From NCBI GenBank assembly GCA_030390025.1, contig CM059432.1, positions 114,144,001 through 114,208,000 of the forward strand: a stretch of 64,000 nt of DNA, read 5' to 3'. Below, in pieces: positions 1 to 11,535 of the stretch. The stretch is from Squalus acanthias. Taxonomy: Eukaryota. Within the stretch, counting starts at the first letter, position 1. Each line of letters begins with the position of its first letter. The translations under genes were made by a program, and so were the position numbers. Below the pieces are notes generated by a model. That model was given only the letters and a program-made list of their open reading frames with translations, did not search any database and had not been told where the DNA came from.

Positions 1-319
1 GCCAGAGGGTCTTTACCTGTCCGTCATTGTTCGTATGCTCGTATACCATAAGCAGCCTTTCGCACACCAACAATTTCCACTCCATTGATGTTTCTGAATT
101 AGCAGAGTATAAGAATGTAGGCATAGGGCCAGGCCATTTGGTCCATCCACTGAACCAGGTCTCTTTTGATGGTTTGATCTGTCCATTTCCACAGAATGCT
201 CGAGTCAGGGTAGTTTAGTGATGGGGAACATTGTGATGTGGAACATAAGTTCGTGCCCCAGCACTGTGTAATGTTGTTGAAACATTGTAACGTGGAGTTC
301 ATCATTATACTGAACTTAC

Positions 320-461
320 TTTCCCTCTGAACTGTAGCTGTTCATGCTCCCATCAGTAGACTCGCGACTTGGTTGCCGGGTCATCCGATTTCTCATTTCA
401 ACTGCCAATCCAGTTTCTGTACTGCGCTGGATGGTACTTCGTAGCTTCTTCCCTCCAGCCT
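320..461 (-). CDS. RIMS2: RIMS2 internal coding exon (shared exon upstream of the C2B-domain exons)
   Basis: Minus strand reads ttatttccgcAG|...|GTaagt. The 142-bp exon (phase 1 to phase 2) translates (E)AGGKKLRSTIQRSTETGLAVEMRNRMTRQPSRESTDGSMNSYSSEG(N), which I recognise as nearly identical to vertebrate RIM2. It is not in the ORF track. Confidence 0.93.
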
Positions 462-1017
462 CTGCGGAAATAAGAATGGGAAGATTCTATGTTACATAAT
501 CTCTAGAACTCTGTATCAGTGTTTTATCAGGTAGTGGAGTCCAATCCTGAAAAGGAGGTGATCTTCTACCTACTTGCCCTTTCACATAAACTATATTTGT
601 TTCTATAGTTTAACAGAGTTTATACTATGAAAAAATACCTACTGGGGCATAATGGTCAACAAAAGAATGGCCACTTCTCAGCAGAAGCGGCTCCTTGCTT
701 TTAATATTTGTAACACCGTGACCCTCCATCCTTTAGGCTCATTCTGCTTCACTTTGTGACTGTTTCCAACTACATCCTTCTTGGATTGAATTAATTGACC
801 AGTTACAGAAAGAACTCAAATACAATGAGATTCAATCTCAAAACTGAGGGAATATTTCCTCTGTGTGCTATGTGCAATGAAAATGTTAACACATTCTTTC
901 TAAATAGGTTTATGAGTTTGTTACACAACAGTTATAGAAAATCTTCCGCACTGCCAATTATTTACACTGTCCAGGCAGGATGGGGTTTCAGGTTAGTAGC
1001 ATAACTGTTAATTTTAG

Positions 1018-1420
1018 AATTAAAAACAGAACATGCTGGAAATACTCAGCAGGTCAGGCAGCATCTGTGGAGAGAGAAACAGAGTTAACGTTTCAGGTCG
1101 ATGACCCTTCGTCAGAACTGGAAAAAGCTGGAGATGGAACAGGTTTTTAAGCAAGTGTAGGGGCAGGGAGAGGGGGGGAGGGGAGGAAAGAACAAAAGGG
1201 AAGGTCTGTGATAGGATGGAAGGCAGGAGAGATTAAGAGAAAAAAGGGATGGTGCAAGGCAAAAGGAGATGGTAATGGGACAAGTTAAGAAACAAAAGAT
1301 GGCTCTAGATGAAGTGTAAATGGCACTGGCAGAATGAAAGACAGCTGCCATGTGGGAGAGAGAAAATAAATAAATGGGGAAAAAAAAGATAGGGGCAGAG
1401 GTTAATTTTAGAATTGTTTT
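1018..1420 (-). mobile_element. Penelope-like element 3' end / pLTR fragment with hammerhead motif
   Basis: Reverse complement is similar to 39960-40320. Contains AGTT-CTGACGA-A-GGGTCatcGACCT-GAAACGTT-AACT at 1083-1119. Confidence 0.8.
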
Positions 1421-1489
1421 AGTGCTAACAATTGCTTTATTATTTGATAGGTATGAAAATTGAGCAAGTGCTGATAGTTTATGAGCATT

Positions 1490-1802
1490 GGCTCTCATTG
1501 GTGGGGGAGCCCAGAACAAGGGGACATACCTTTGTAAATTAGAGCTCGGTCGTTCAGGGTGATGTCAGGAAGCACTGCTTCACACAAAGGGGAGTGGAAA
1601 TCTGCAACTCTCTCTCCCAAAAAGCTGTTGCGGCTAGGTCAATTGAAAGTTATAAAACTGAGATTGATAGATTTTTGTTAGGCAAGGGTATTGAGGGTTA
1701 CGGAACCAAGGCGGGTAGATGAAATTGAGATACAGATCAGCCATGATCTAACTGAATGGGGGAACAGGCTTGAGGAACTGAATGGCCTACTCCTGTTCCT
1801 AT
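1490..1802 (+). mobile_element. CR1 LINE 3' fragment
   Basis: Degenerate RGH..K/FTQR/WNSL coding end followed by the CR1 3'UTR motif (gaatggcctactcctgttcct). Confidence 0.75.
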
Positions 1803-2621
1803 CATTTTGTAACTAAGCCAAAATTGGGAAGCTGAGATTTTGTTACTAAAGAATGTAGGGGAACAGGCATCAGTTCAACAAATAACATTACCATTTTCAA
1901 GTATTGCTTTGGGCACACAGCAGTTCTGTTGTTAATAAATGAGATCTGGACTGGAGCACAACTTCCTAAAAAAAAAGTCTATTTGCCTCCGTCCTCCCTT
2001 TTCATTCGATCACCTCTGCCATGCCTAATCCTTCAGGTTGTAGGGTGGGACTAGTGGGTTGAAGAACTCTCCACTACCACTTGAACTGACAGAGAGTGCT
2101 CTTTGCATGGTGTTTCTAGTGTGTTATTTCTTTGAGCTACATTTTTCCCCATCTGCATTCCAATTAGACCACTCACTGTGACAAAGCATTCCATCCACCC
2201 GTCTGGCCAAAGCAGCCAAAACTAGCACTTTAAAGGGGGCTAAATCCAAACTAGTGACTGGGAGTTAGACTCAGGTTATCTGAAGGAAACCAAGAATATT
2301 ACTGCTACAGCTGCACATTACCAAAAAAGTACTGTTATTAAAATGCAACCAATTAATGGATCTGAATAAGAATAAAACTGTAGTCTGCACACTCAAGTCA
2401 AGGATGGTAGAAATCCAGGAAATTATAATATGCCCACATCAAGCCTGCACTCACATTTGACATGATAGTAAATAAATAAAAATCTTATTATTTTCATGAG
2501 ACTTTTCTAAACCATATTAAAGAGTAGGTTTTACCAATTTGTGATTCAATCCCTCAGGGTGAAAATTGAGAATGTCGGGTGGAGGTCAGCAGACTTTGCA
2601 GAATTTTCTGTCCAATAAGTT

Positions 2622-3078
2622 TCAAGATGTGATTGCACTAGAGAGGGTAGAGAGGAGATTTACGAGGATGTTGCCAGGACTGGAGAATTTTAGCTATGAG
2701 GAAAGATTGGATAGGCTGGGGTTGTTTTCTTTGGAACAGAGAAGGCTGAGGAGAGACTTAATTGAGGTGTATAAAATTATAAGGGGCCTAGATAGAGTGG
2801 ATAGGAAGGACCTATTTCCCTTAGCAGAGGGGTCACTAACCAGGGGGTATAGATTTAAAGTAATTGGTAGAAGAGAGCTAAGGAGAACTTTTTTCACCCA
2901 GAGGGCGGTGGGGGTCTGGAACTCACTGCCTCAAAGGGTGGTAGAGGCAGAAACCCGCATCACATTTAAAATGTACTTGGATGTGCACTTGAAGTGCCGT
3001 AACCTACAGGGCTACGGACCAAGAGTTGGAAAGTGGGATTAGGATGGATAGCTCTTTTTTTTGGCCGGCACAGACAAG
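2622..3078 (+). mobile_element. CR1 LINE 3' fragment (ORF2 C-terminus)
   Basis: LERVERRFTRMLPGL..SYEERLDRLGLFSLEQRRLRRDLIEVYKI..FFTQRAVGVWNSLP. Confidence 0.9.
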
Positions 3079-3468
3079 ATGACAGAAAATCCTGCAGGGC
3101 TCATTGCCCTCGGTGCCTGAATTCCTTGCACGTGAAGCTTCATGCCAGGAGCACCAATATGTAAAATCTACCCTTACATTTTCATCAATTTAAAACAAAT
3201 TCTACAGTGCTCAACAAAATGGAGGGCGCTTCTGAATAACAGCACTACACCTACAGCCTGAGTTAGTAATCTGAAAAAAGCAACATCAGAACAAAGCTGT
3301 CATGTGGGAACCAAGTCTGTGACATTGTGGAGTAAAGCAACTCCTGCTTCTGCACCCAGTACCAATGGCAGGAGATGTACTTTATACTGAATTTGTTTGT
3401 CAATTTGGAAACCAAAATCCAGGCTTCTTATTGCTATTGAATTGATGGAACTGAACAGCTGACACTCT

Positions 3469-4251
3469 GGGGACGATTTTATTAATGGGGGGGCGTTGGA
3501 GGCGGGACTGCTGCTTGGCGGGTCGATGTCCCGCCTCCATCGATTTGTGGCCAACCCACGCTATTTTCCCTTGATTGACCTTGGTGAGCCCACCCAGCGG
3601 GCTTAGCAGGCCTATTAAGGGAAAGCCGGTTGCAGAGAATGTCAATGTATGACGTTTCATCTGTCAATTTTTGACAGATGAATTGTCATCGTTTGACAGC
3701 TCTGTGAAGCTGTCAAACCGTGACATTCTCTGCAGTTTCAAGACCTCACCAAACTTCTTTGTTTTACAGAAATGAGATGGTTGTTGCATCTGAGAATGCA
3801 ATGACCATCTCTCATCTGCAACACGGAGGGCCGAGACTCTCCGCATACAAACCGACTGAAGCCTGCAGGAAGAAACAAAGGTAAGTACACTTTTAAAAAC
3901 ACTTTGCACTTACCTCAGATGCTCACCTCTACACTCCTGCACCCATCACTTACCTTCACACCACACTTTTGCACCCCCGCAGACCCAGTACTCGCTGAGC
4001 TGAGCTGGCGTGTTTTGGAGCCTTCGGGAAGCCCGCACTTGTGAGGGCAAAAAGGGAATAATCCTATTTTCTGCCTGTTAACTACCTGTTAACAGGCAGT
4101 TAATAGGCTTTAATTCCTTCCCGCTTCCAAGGAGACGGGACCCGGCACGGGACAGCTACCTGCCTCCTAGGAAGATGGCATGGGCACCCGCCCCCAAATT
4201 CTGCCATTTTCCTGGCAGTCCCGCCTCCCCAGGGCTGGCAAAATCGCCCCC
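3469..4251. mobile_element. Non-autonomous PIF/Harbinger element
   Basis: TIRs GGGGACGATTTT (3469) and AAAATCGCCCCC (4251), with a 3-bp direct repeat TCT on both flanks. Confidence 0.75.
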
Positions 4252-5544
4252 TCTATATTAAACTTGTTAAAGCTCCAGATCAAATCACTGTGACAAGACT
4301 AAACAATACGTGCACAAGTCATGCGAAATGTCAATTTCAGATGGCTTCTGGCTGCGAATGTATTGTAATCATAGCTGGGGTTACTATTTGGAAATTTTTA
4401 TTACTATATCCTTTCCTCATTTATTCTAGTTTGTTTGGTTTCAACTTTATCTGTTTTGACTGTTATGCAAATCTTTAAAAATAAAGCCTATGGCTGGAAA
4501 ACAGGCCCATTTTTCAATTTCTACCAGTTGGTAAGACCCAATTCTCCCATCAGCTCTCGTTATTTGGTAGGAGCTCATACGTCAGAATAAGCAATGCCTT
4601 GTGCATGGATCTCTACCACTGGCAATTGCAAGTTGGCAGTGTTTCCATGACTCCCTGATGGCATCGCATTGCTCCATCAATCAGGCTGGTACTGCGTGGG
4701 TAGGTGCCAGGAAGCATGTTCAAACTCTAAATATTACTTGCAAAGTAACCACTGTGTTTTGAGAGGATCAAATGGATTTAGTTCCAAAGTAAACATGCAA
4801 TAAAGACTTGGCCTCTGTGTTTCATTAATTCAAATAAATGAGTTTCAATTTTCCAAGTAATGTGGAAATTCTGTAGGGTAATTAACAAATAATGAGTCTG
4901 TTTCTTAAGGGGAAAGGCTGCTGCTTTACACAGTAATCATTCATTAAATTTCCAAGTATCAGCTGAGCCACTGACGGTGGCTGAATGTGGGATTTGCTGT
5001 TCCAGTTCCCCATATGCTGAATTACTGGGGGTAAATTTTTATCTTCACCACGTAGGTGGTCATCTGGTGGAGCGGACTGCCCGTCCATTATAGAAGCTGC
5101 CCAATTTTCACTCCATTGATGAAGACCAGGCACTTTCCTAAGTAGGTGGGAGAGAAATCCAAAGACCGGGCACCCTTGGCCTCTCTTATTTACCTGTAAG
5201 TGCCACCAACAGAGGAACCGAGTGTGGCAGGTTGGGATCTGAGGCGGGAGGGTGTAATTTAAAAAAAATGGGGCCTTTAAAAATGAAATTAGTAAACACT
5301 TGCAACTATACCTTTTTTAAGACATTACCGATATCGTGTGGTGCACTACAAACAGAATCATTGCAGCTGTCCATCTCAAGCTAAGACAGAATTTATATAC
5401 ACATATAAAAAAAATGGAGCAATGAATACTAATAAATACATGAATATGGATAAATCATGTAAAGCACAAGTTACTAATCTATATTAAAAATCTTGCAAAT
5501 AGTGTCCTTTCCTTTCCCATTTCAAATTTCACAAAGTTCACAAA

Positions 5545-6270
5545 GCACAGATTCACCAGCATGATACCAGGGTTTAAAGGGTTAAATTATGAGGACAGGT
5601 TGCATAAACAACTTTTATTCCCTGGAGTTTAGAAAGTTGAGCGGTGATCTAATCGAGGTATTTAAAATGATTAAGGAATTTGATGGGGTAGATACAGAGA
5701 AACTATTTCCCCTGGTGGAGGAATCAACAACATCAACTTTTTTTATATAGTGCCTTTAACATAGTAAAACGTCCCAAGGCACTTCAGAGGAACGTTATAA
5801 AACAAAATTTGACACCGAGCGACATAAGGAGATATTTGGGCAGATGACCAAAAGCTTGGTCAAAGAGGTAGGTTTTAAGGTGTGTCTTAAAGGAGGAAAT
5901 AGAGGTAGACAGACGGAGAGGTTTAGGCAGGGAATTCCAGCTGAAGGCACGGCCGCCAATGGTGGAGTGATTAACAAGAGGGCATAATCTTAAAATTAGA
6001 GCTATGCCAATTAGGAGTGGAATCAGGCAGTCTTTTTTCCACACATGGTAGTGGAATTCTGGAACACGCATCCCAAAAAAGCTGTGAATGATGGGACAAT
6101 TGAAATTTTGAAGACTGAGATCGATAAAATTTGTGTGATGTACAGGTAGCGAGGGATATGGAACAAAGGCGGGTAAATGGAGTTGAGGTACAGATCAGCC
6201 AGGATCTAATTGAATGGCAGAACAGGCTCAAGAGGCTAAATAGCCTACACCTGTTTCTATGTTCCTTAAA
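5545..6270 (+). mobile_element. CR1 3' fragment interrupted by an antisense L2 3' fragment (~5725-5972)
   Basis: CR1 RFTSMIPG/GDLIEVFK segment, then the L2 tail on the minus strand (GGRAFSWNSLPKPLR..FKTHLKTYLFDQAF), then CR1 resumes at TRGHNLKI. Confidence 0.8.
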
Positions 6271-8346
6271 TGTCATATTTTTGTACATTCTCTGAGTCAT
6301 CATAGAGTCATAATGGCACAGAAGGAGGCCATTTGGCCCATCGAGTCTGTGCCGGAATAATTTCTGTAAAAGCAGTTTACATCATGCATCATGAGCAATG
6401 CCATGGAAGATCTGCTATATTTAAATATGCAAAGATTGTAAGGTAAAGCAACAGAATAGCACTATAAAACTTCTGCCAAATTAGTTTGATTAAAACTTTC
6501 TCACTTATGAATTCTGTGTCTCCATTATAGCTGATTTAATTACAGTAGGCTTCAACTTTATTTGCATGTACTGCATATTCATTCTCTCACTTAGTCAGAG
6601 CATCAGCATTTTCTTCCTATTAAATCTAATTATGGTAATAACTTCATACACACTCTAGTTTGCAATCATCTTATTTTACAGCTAATACACACATTTCAGC
6701 ATTTATGACAAAGGTAAGAGCTGTGTTTGCCTTGTGAAGGCCCTGTGCAAAGATTTGAGTTGGGACCCTTACAATTTACTAAATGCTACCTACTTAATCT
6801 AGTATCAAATCCACACACGTACAATCATGAAAAGACACATTTGCAATAGGTAATAGGGCTCAGGGCCCTTTACAATCTCATGGGTTGCACAGTTCTAACG
6901 CCACCCCGGAATGTGTTTTCAGAGATGCTGCAAACGTCTCCAGTGCTTGAGACTGAAAAGGAAATAAATGCTCCTGACGAATCAACACCAGGGTAAAATC
7001 CCAATTAAAATTTAAATCTCAATATAATGTGACCCACTGCCTTTCATAGGGCACTAAGAAAGACAAACACAATTGTACACTAGTTCAAACTGAATAAGTG
7101 TCAACATTTCTCGCTCTGCCCCTTGCACAGACACTATCACCACTTTTAAAAAGACTATGGATTTCAAATTCTACCTCAGGTCATTCATAGATCAAGATAA
7201 ACAGATCATGGGAAGAAACACTGATTGTTTAACAAAAAGACCAAACGAATATACAGAATGTATACTCATTGAAAATCAGTCCTGATAAAAACAAGTTCTA
7301 TTTTTAACAACAAGTTTGCTGTCTCTCCAGCTTTTTGAGTGCCACTCACATCCAACAGAACACCTGATAAAAAACGTTTGTTTTTTAGTTCCAGAACATA
7401 GACTGCGGTGGTCAGAAAGCTTGACTGGTGAGAGCCAGCCACCTATATGCCTAACTGGTAAATATGTACTGTGGTCTTTCACAAATTCATGTCCTGCTCT
7501 TCATAGCTTTCTCTACTTATAAAAGTGCGGTTTGGTAGGAATTTGGCCCTAAAAATTCACTTTGAGATCATTGTGCTGCAGTCATACTAACATTCAATTC
7601 CTTATCTTAGGCTGAATATTCTGGATCCACAAAGGCACACTGCACAGAGCTACATCACACGTACTGGCTGGCAAACTGTGGGACACCAAATCACCAATAT
7701 CTGGCCACCCCGGCCACCAGCAAGGGAAGTCCGGATCAATATTATTATTGTGGAGCCTGGAGGAGCATAATTTCAAACTTTCCTTTGTTGGGCCACTTTG
7801 CCCATGGAACTGATTGGATTATGCATGGTGCACACTCCGACCAGTTCTAACCTAAAATGACAATATTAAAAGGAGCCTACCACCTTGGGAGCCCAGCAGT
7901 AGGCCCCATTCAATATGTTGCTGACTGTATCATCAGGGTTAATTGGGTGATAAGGCTACAGACCCCATTTTGAGGCCATTATCAGGCGAAACAAGTTAAA
8001 ATCTTGTGTGAAGAAGAATTTCATGATTTCAATCTTAAAATTACCTTTTATTAGTTTGAATCGGTGTCCTATTTTCATAAGTTAATTTGAAGTAATCTTC
8101 TGAATTTATCTCTCCCATATCCTTTACTGTCTTATACCTCTCAAGATTGCCTATCAGATGTGTGTTTTTAAGGATGAAAAGCCCAATTTTCTCCAGTCTT
8201 TTCTCATAACACACATCTCTATCGCTAAGGATTAGCCTTGTGGCTTTTCTCTGCATTGTCTCCAATGCTTGAATGTCTCCCTTGTGTCTCACTGGCTAGA
8301 TCTTAACAGATTACTGAAGGTGTGGTCTGACGAGAGCACTATACAG

Positions 8347-11300
8347 TTTTTTTTTATTCGTTTATGGGATGTGGGCGTCGCTGGCAAGGCCAGCATTTAT
8401 TGCCCATCCCTAATTGCCCTTGAGAAGGTGGTGGTGAGCTGCCTTCTTGAATCGCTGCATGGTGAAGGTACTCCCACAGTGCTGTTAGGGAGGGAGTGCC
8501 AGGATTTTGACCCAGCGACGATGAAGGATCGGCGATATACTTCTAAGTCAGGATGGTGTGTGACTTGGAGGTGGTGCCCTTGTCCTTCCAGGTGGAAGAG
8601 GTCATGGGTTTGGGAGGTGCTGCTGAAGAAGCCTTGGTGACTTGCTGCAGTGCATCTTGTAGATGGTACACACTGCAGCCACGATACGCCGGTGGTGGAG
8701 GGAGTGAATGTTTAAGGTGGTAGATGGGGTGCCAATCAAGCGGGCTGCTTTGTCCTGGATGGTGTCGAGCTTCTTGAGTGTTGTTGGAGCTGCACACATC
8801 CAGGCAAGTGGAGAGTACTCCATCACACTCCTTACTTGTGCCTTGTAGATGGTGGAAAGGCTTTGGGGAGTCAGGTGAGACACTCGCCGCAGAATACCTA
8901 GCCTCTGACCTGCTCTTGTTGCCACAGTATTTATGTGGCTGGTCCAGTTAAGTTTCTGGTCAATGGTGACCCCCAGGATGTTGATGGTGGGGGATTTGGT
9001 GATGGTAATGCCACTGAATGTCAAGGGGCAGTGTTTAGACTCTCGCTTGTTGGAGATAGTCATTGCCTGGCACTTCTGTGGCGCGAATGTTACCTGCCAC
9101 TTATCAGCCCAAGCCTGAACGTCAGCCAGGTCTTGTTGCATGCGGGTCATGGACTGCTTCATTATCTGAGGAGTTGTGAATGGCACTGAGCAATGTGCAG
9201 TCATCAGCGAACATCCCCATTTTTGACCTTATGTTGGAGGGAAGGTCATTCATGAAGCAGCTGAAGATGGTTGGGCCTAGGACACTGCCCTGAGGAACTC
9301 CTGCAGCGATGTCCTGGGACTGTGATGATTGACCTTCAATCACCACAACCATCTTCCTTTGTGCTTGGTATGACTCCAGCCAGTGGAGAGTTTTCCCCCC
9401 GATTCCCATTGACTTCAATTTTACTAGGGCTCCTTCATGCCACACTTGGACAAATGCTGCCTTGATGTCAAGGGCAGTCAATCTCACCTCACCTCTGGAA
9501 TTCAGCTCCTTTGTCCATGTTTGGACCAAGGCTGTAATGAGGTCGGCAGCTGAGTGGTCTTGGCGGAACCCAAACTGGGCATCAGTGAGCAGGTTATTGG
9601 TGAGTAAGTGCCGCTTGATGGAACGTGTCATCGACAGTGCTGTCACTTTGCTGATGATTGAGAGTAGACTGATGGGGCGGTAATTGGTCAGATTGGATTT
9701 GTCCTGCTTTTTGTGGACAGGACATACCTGGGCAGTTTTCCACATTGTTGGATAGATGCCAGTGTTATAGCTGTACTGGAACAGCTTGGCTAGAGGCGCG
9801 GCTAGTTCTGGAGCACAAGTCTTCAACACGATATCCAGGATGTTGTCAGGGCCCATAGCCTTTGCTGTATCCAGTGCGCTGAGCCGTTTCTTGATATCAC
9901 GTGGACTGAATCGAATTGGCTGAAGACTGGCTTCTGTGATGGTGGGGACCTCAGGAGGAGGCCGATATGGATCATCCACTTGGCACTTCTGGCTGAAAAT
10001 GGTTGCAAACGCTTCAGCCTTGTCTTTTGCACTCGCGTGCTGGGCTCCACCATCATTTGAGGATGGGGATATTCATAGAGCCTCTTCCTCCCGTTAGTTG
10101 TTTAATGGTCCACCACCATTCACGACTGCAGACATTAATTGTGGGATTGCTTAGCCCTGGCTATAGCATGCTGCTTCTGCTTTTTAGCATGCATGTAGTC
10201 TCCTGTGTTGCAGCTTCCCCAGGTTGGCACCTCATTTTTAGGTACGCCTGGTGCTGCTCCTGGCATGCTCTTCTACACTCCTTATTGAACCAGGGTTGGT
10301 CCCCTGGCTTGATGGTAATGGTAGACTGAGAGCCATGACGTTACATATTGTGGTGGAATACAATTCTACTGCTGCCCCACAGCGCCTCAGGGATGCCCAG
10401 TTTTGAGCTGCTAGATCTGTTCTGAATCTATCCCATTTAGCACGGTGGTAGTGCCACACAACATGATGGAGGGTGTCCTCAGTGTGAAGATGGGACTTCG
10501 TCTCCACAAGGACTGTGCAGTGGTCACTGCTACCAATACTGTCATGGACAGATGCACCTGCGACAGCTAGATTGGTGAGGACGAGGTCAAGTAGGTTTTT
10601 CTCTCACCACCTGTCGCAGGCCCAGACTGGCAGATATGTCCTTCAGGACTCGGCCAGTAGTGGTGGGAAGCGGGGGGAGGGAGGGAGATTGGAGGCTGGG
10701 GGGGGCGAGCCACCCTTGGTGATGGACATTGAAGTCCCCCACCCAGAGTACATTCAGTGCCCTTGCTACTCTCAGTGCTTCTTCCAAGTGGTGTTCAACA
10801 TGGAGGAGTACTGATTCATCAGCTGAGGGAGGGCGGTAGGTGGTAATCAGCAGGAGGTTTCCTTGCCCATGCTTGACCTGAAGCCATGAGACTTCATGGG
10901 GTCCAGAGTCAATGTTGCGGACTCCCAGGGCCACTCCTTCCTGACTGTATATCACTGTGCCACCACCCCTGGTGGGTCTGTCCTGCTGGTGGGACATACA
11001 CAGGATGGTGATGGAGGAGTTTGGGACATTGGCTGAAAGGTATGATTCTGTGAGTATGACTATGTCAGGTTGTTGCTTGACTAGTCAGTGGGACAGCTCT
11101 CCCAATTTTGGCACAAGTCCCCAGATGTTGGTGAAGAGGACTTTGCAGGGTTGACTGGGCTGTGTGTGCCGTTGCCATGTCCGTAGCCGGTGCCGCGGTC
11201 GATGCCGGGTGATCCGCCCGGTTTCTTTCTTATTATTTTGTTTCGTAGCAGTTTGTTACAACTGAGTCAACCACATTGCTGTGGGTGTGGAGTCACATAT

Positions 11301-11535
11301 AGGACAGCAGATTTCCTTCCCTGAAGGACATTCGTGAACCAGATGGGTTTTTACGACAATCCGATAGTTTCATGGTCACCATTACTGATACTAGCTTTTT
11401 ATTCCAGATTTATTTAATTAACTGAATTGAAATTCCCCAGCTACCGTGGTGGGATTTGAACTCATGTCTCTGTATCACTAGTCCAGGCCTCTGGATTACT
11501 AGCCCAGTGACATTACCACTACGCTATCGTTCCCG
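8347..11535 (-). mobile_element. Near full-length CR1-group LINE (APE endonuclease + RT, no ORF1) with tRNA-derived 5' head; frameshifted
   Basis: EN motifs KVLFTNIWGL..PDIVILTESYL, YRPPS, VGDFNVH, SDH. RT motifs [35 protein letters not shown]-rich tail at 8347-8356. A/B boxes at the 5' end. Confidence 0.9.
11452..11535 (-). promoter_or_regulatory. tRNA-derived Pol III type-2 internal promoter (A box + B box)
   Basis: A box TAGCGTAGTGG (11526-11516) fits TRGCNNARYGG. B box GAGTTCAAATCC (11463-11452) fits GTTCRANNC. The element 5' end (GGG) lies ~8 nt upstream of the A box. Confidence 0.8.

Noticed and set aside
11452..11535. Functional tRNA gene
   Set aside because: A-B spacing is extended and I could not form a full cloverleaf or find a T-run terminator. 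It is a tRNA-derived head.
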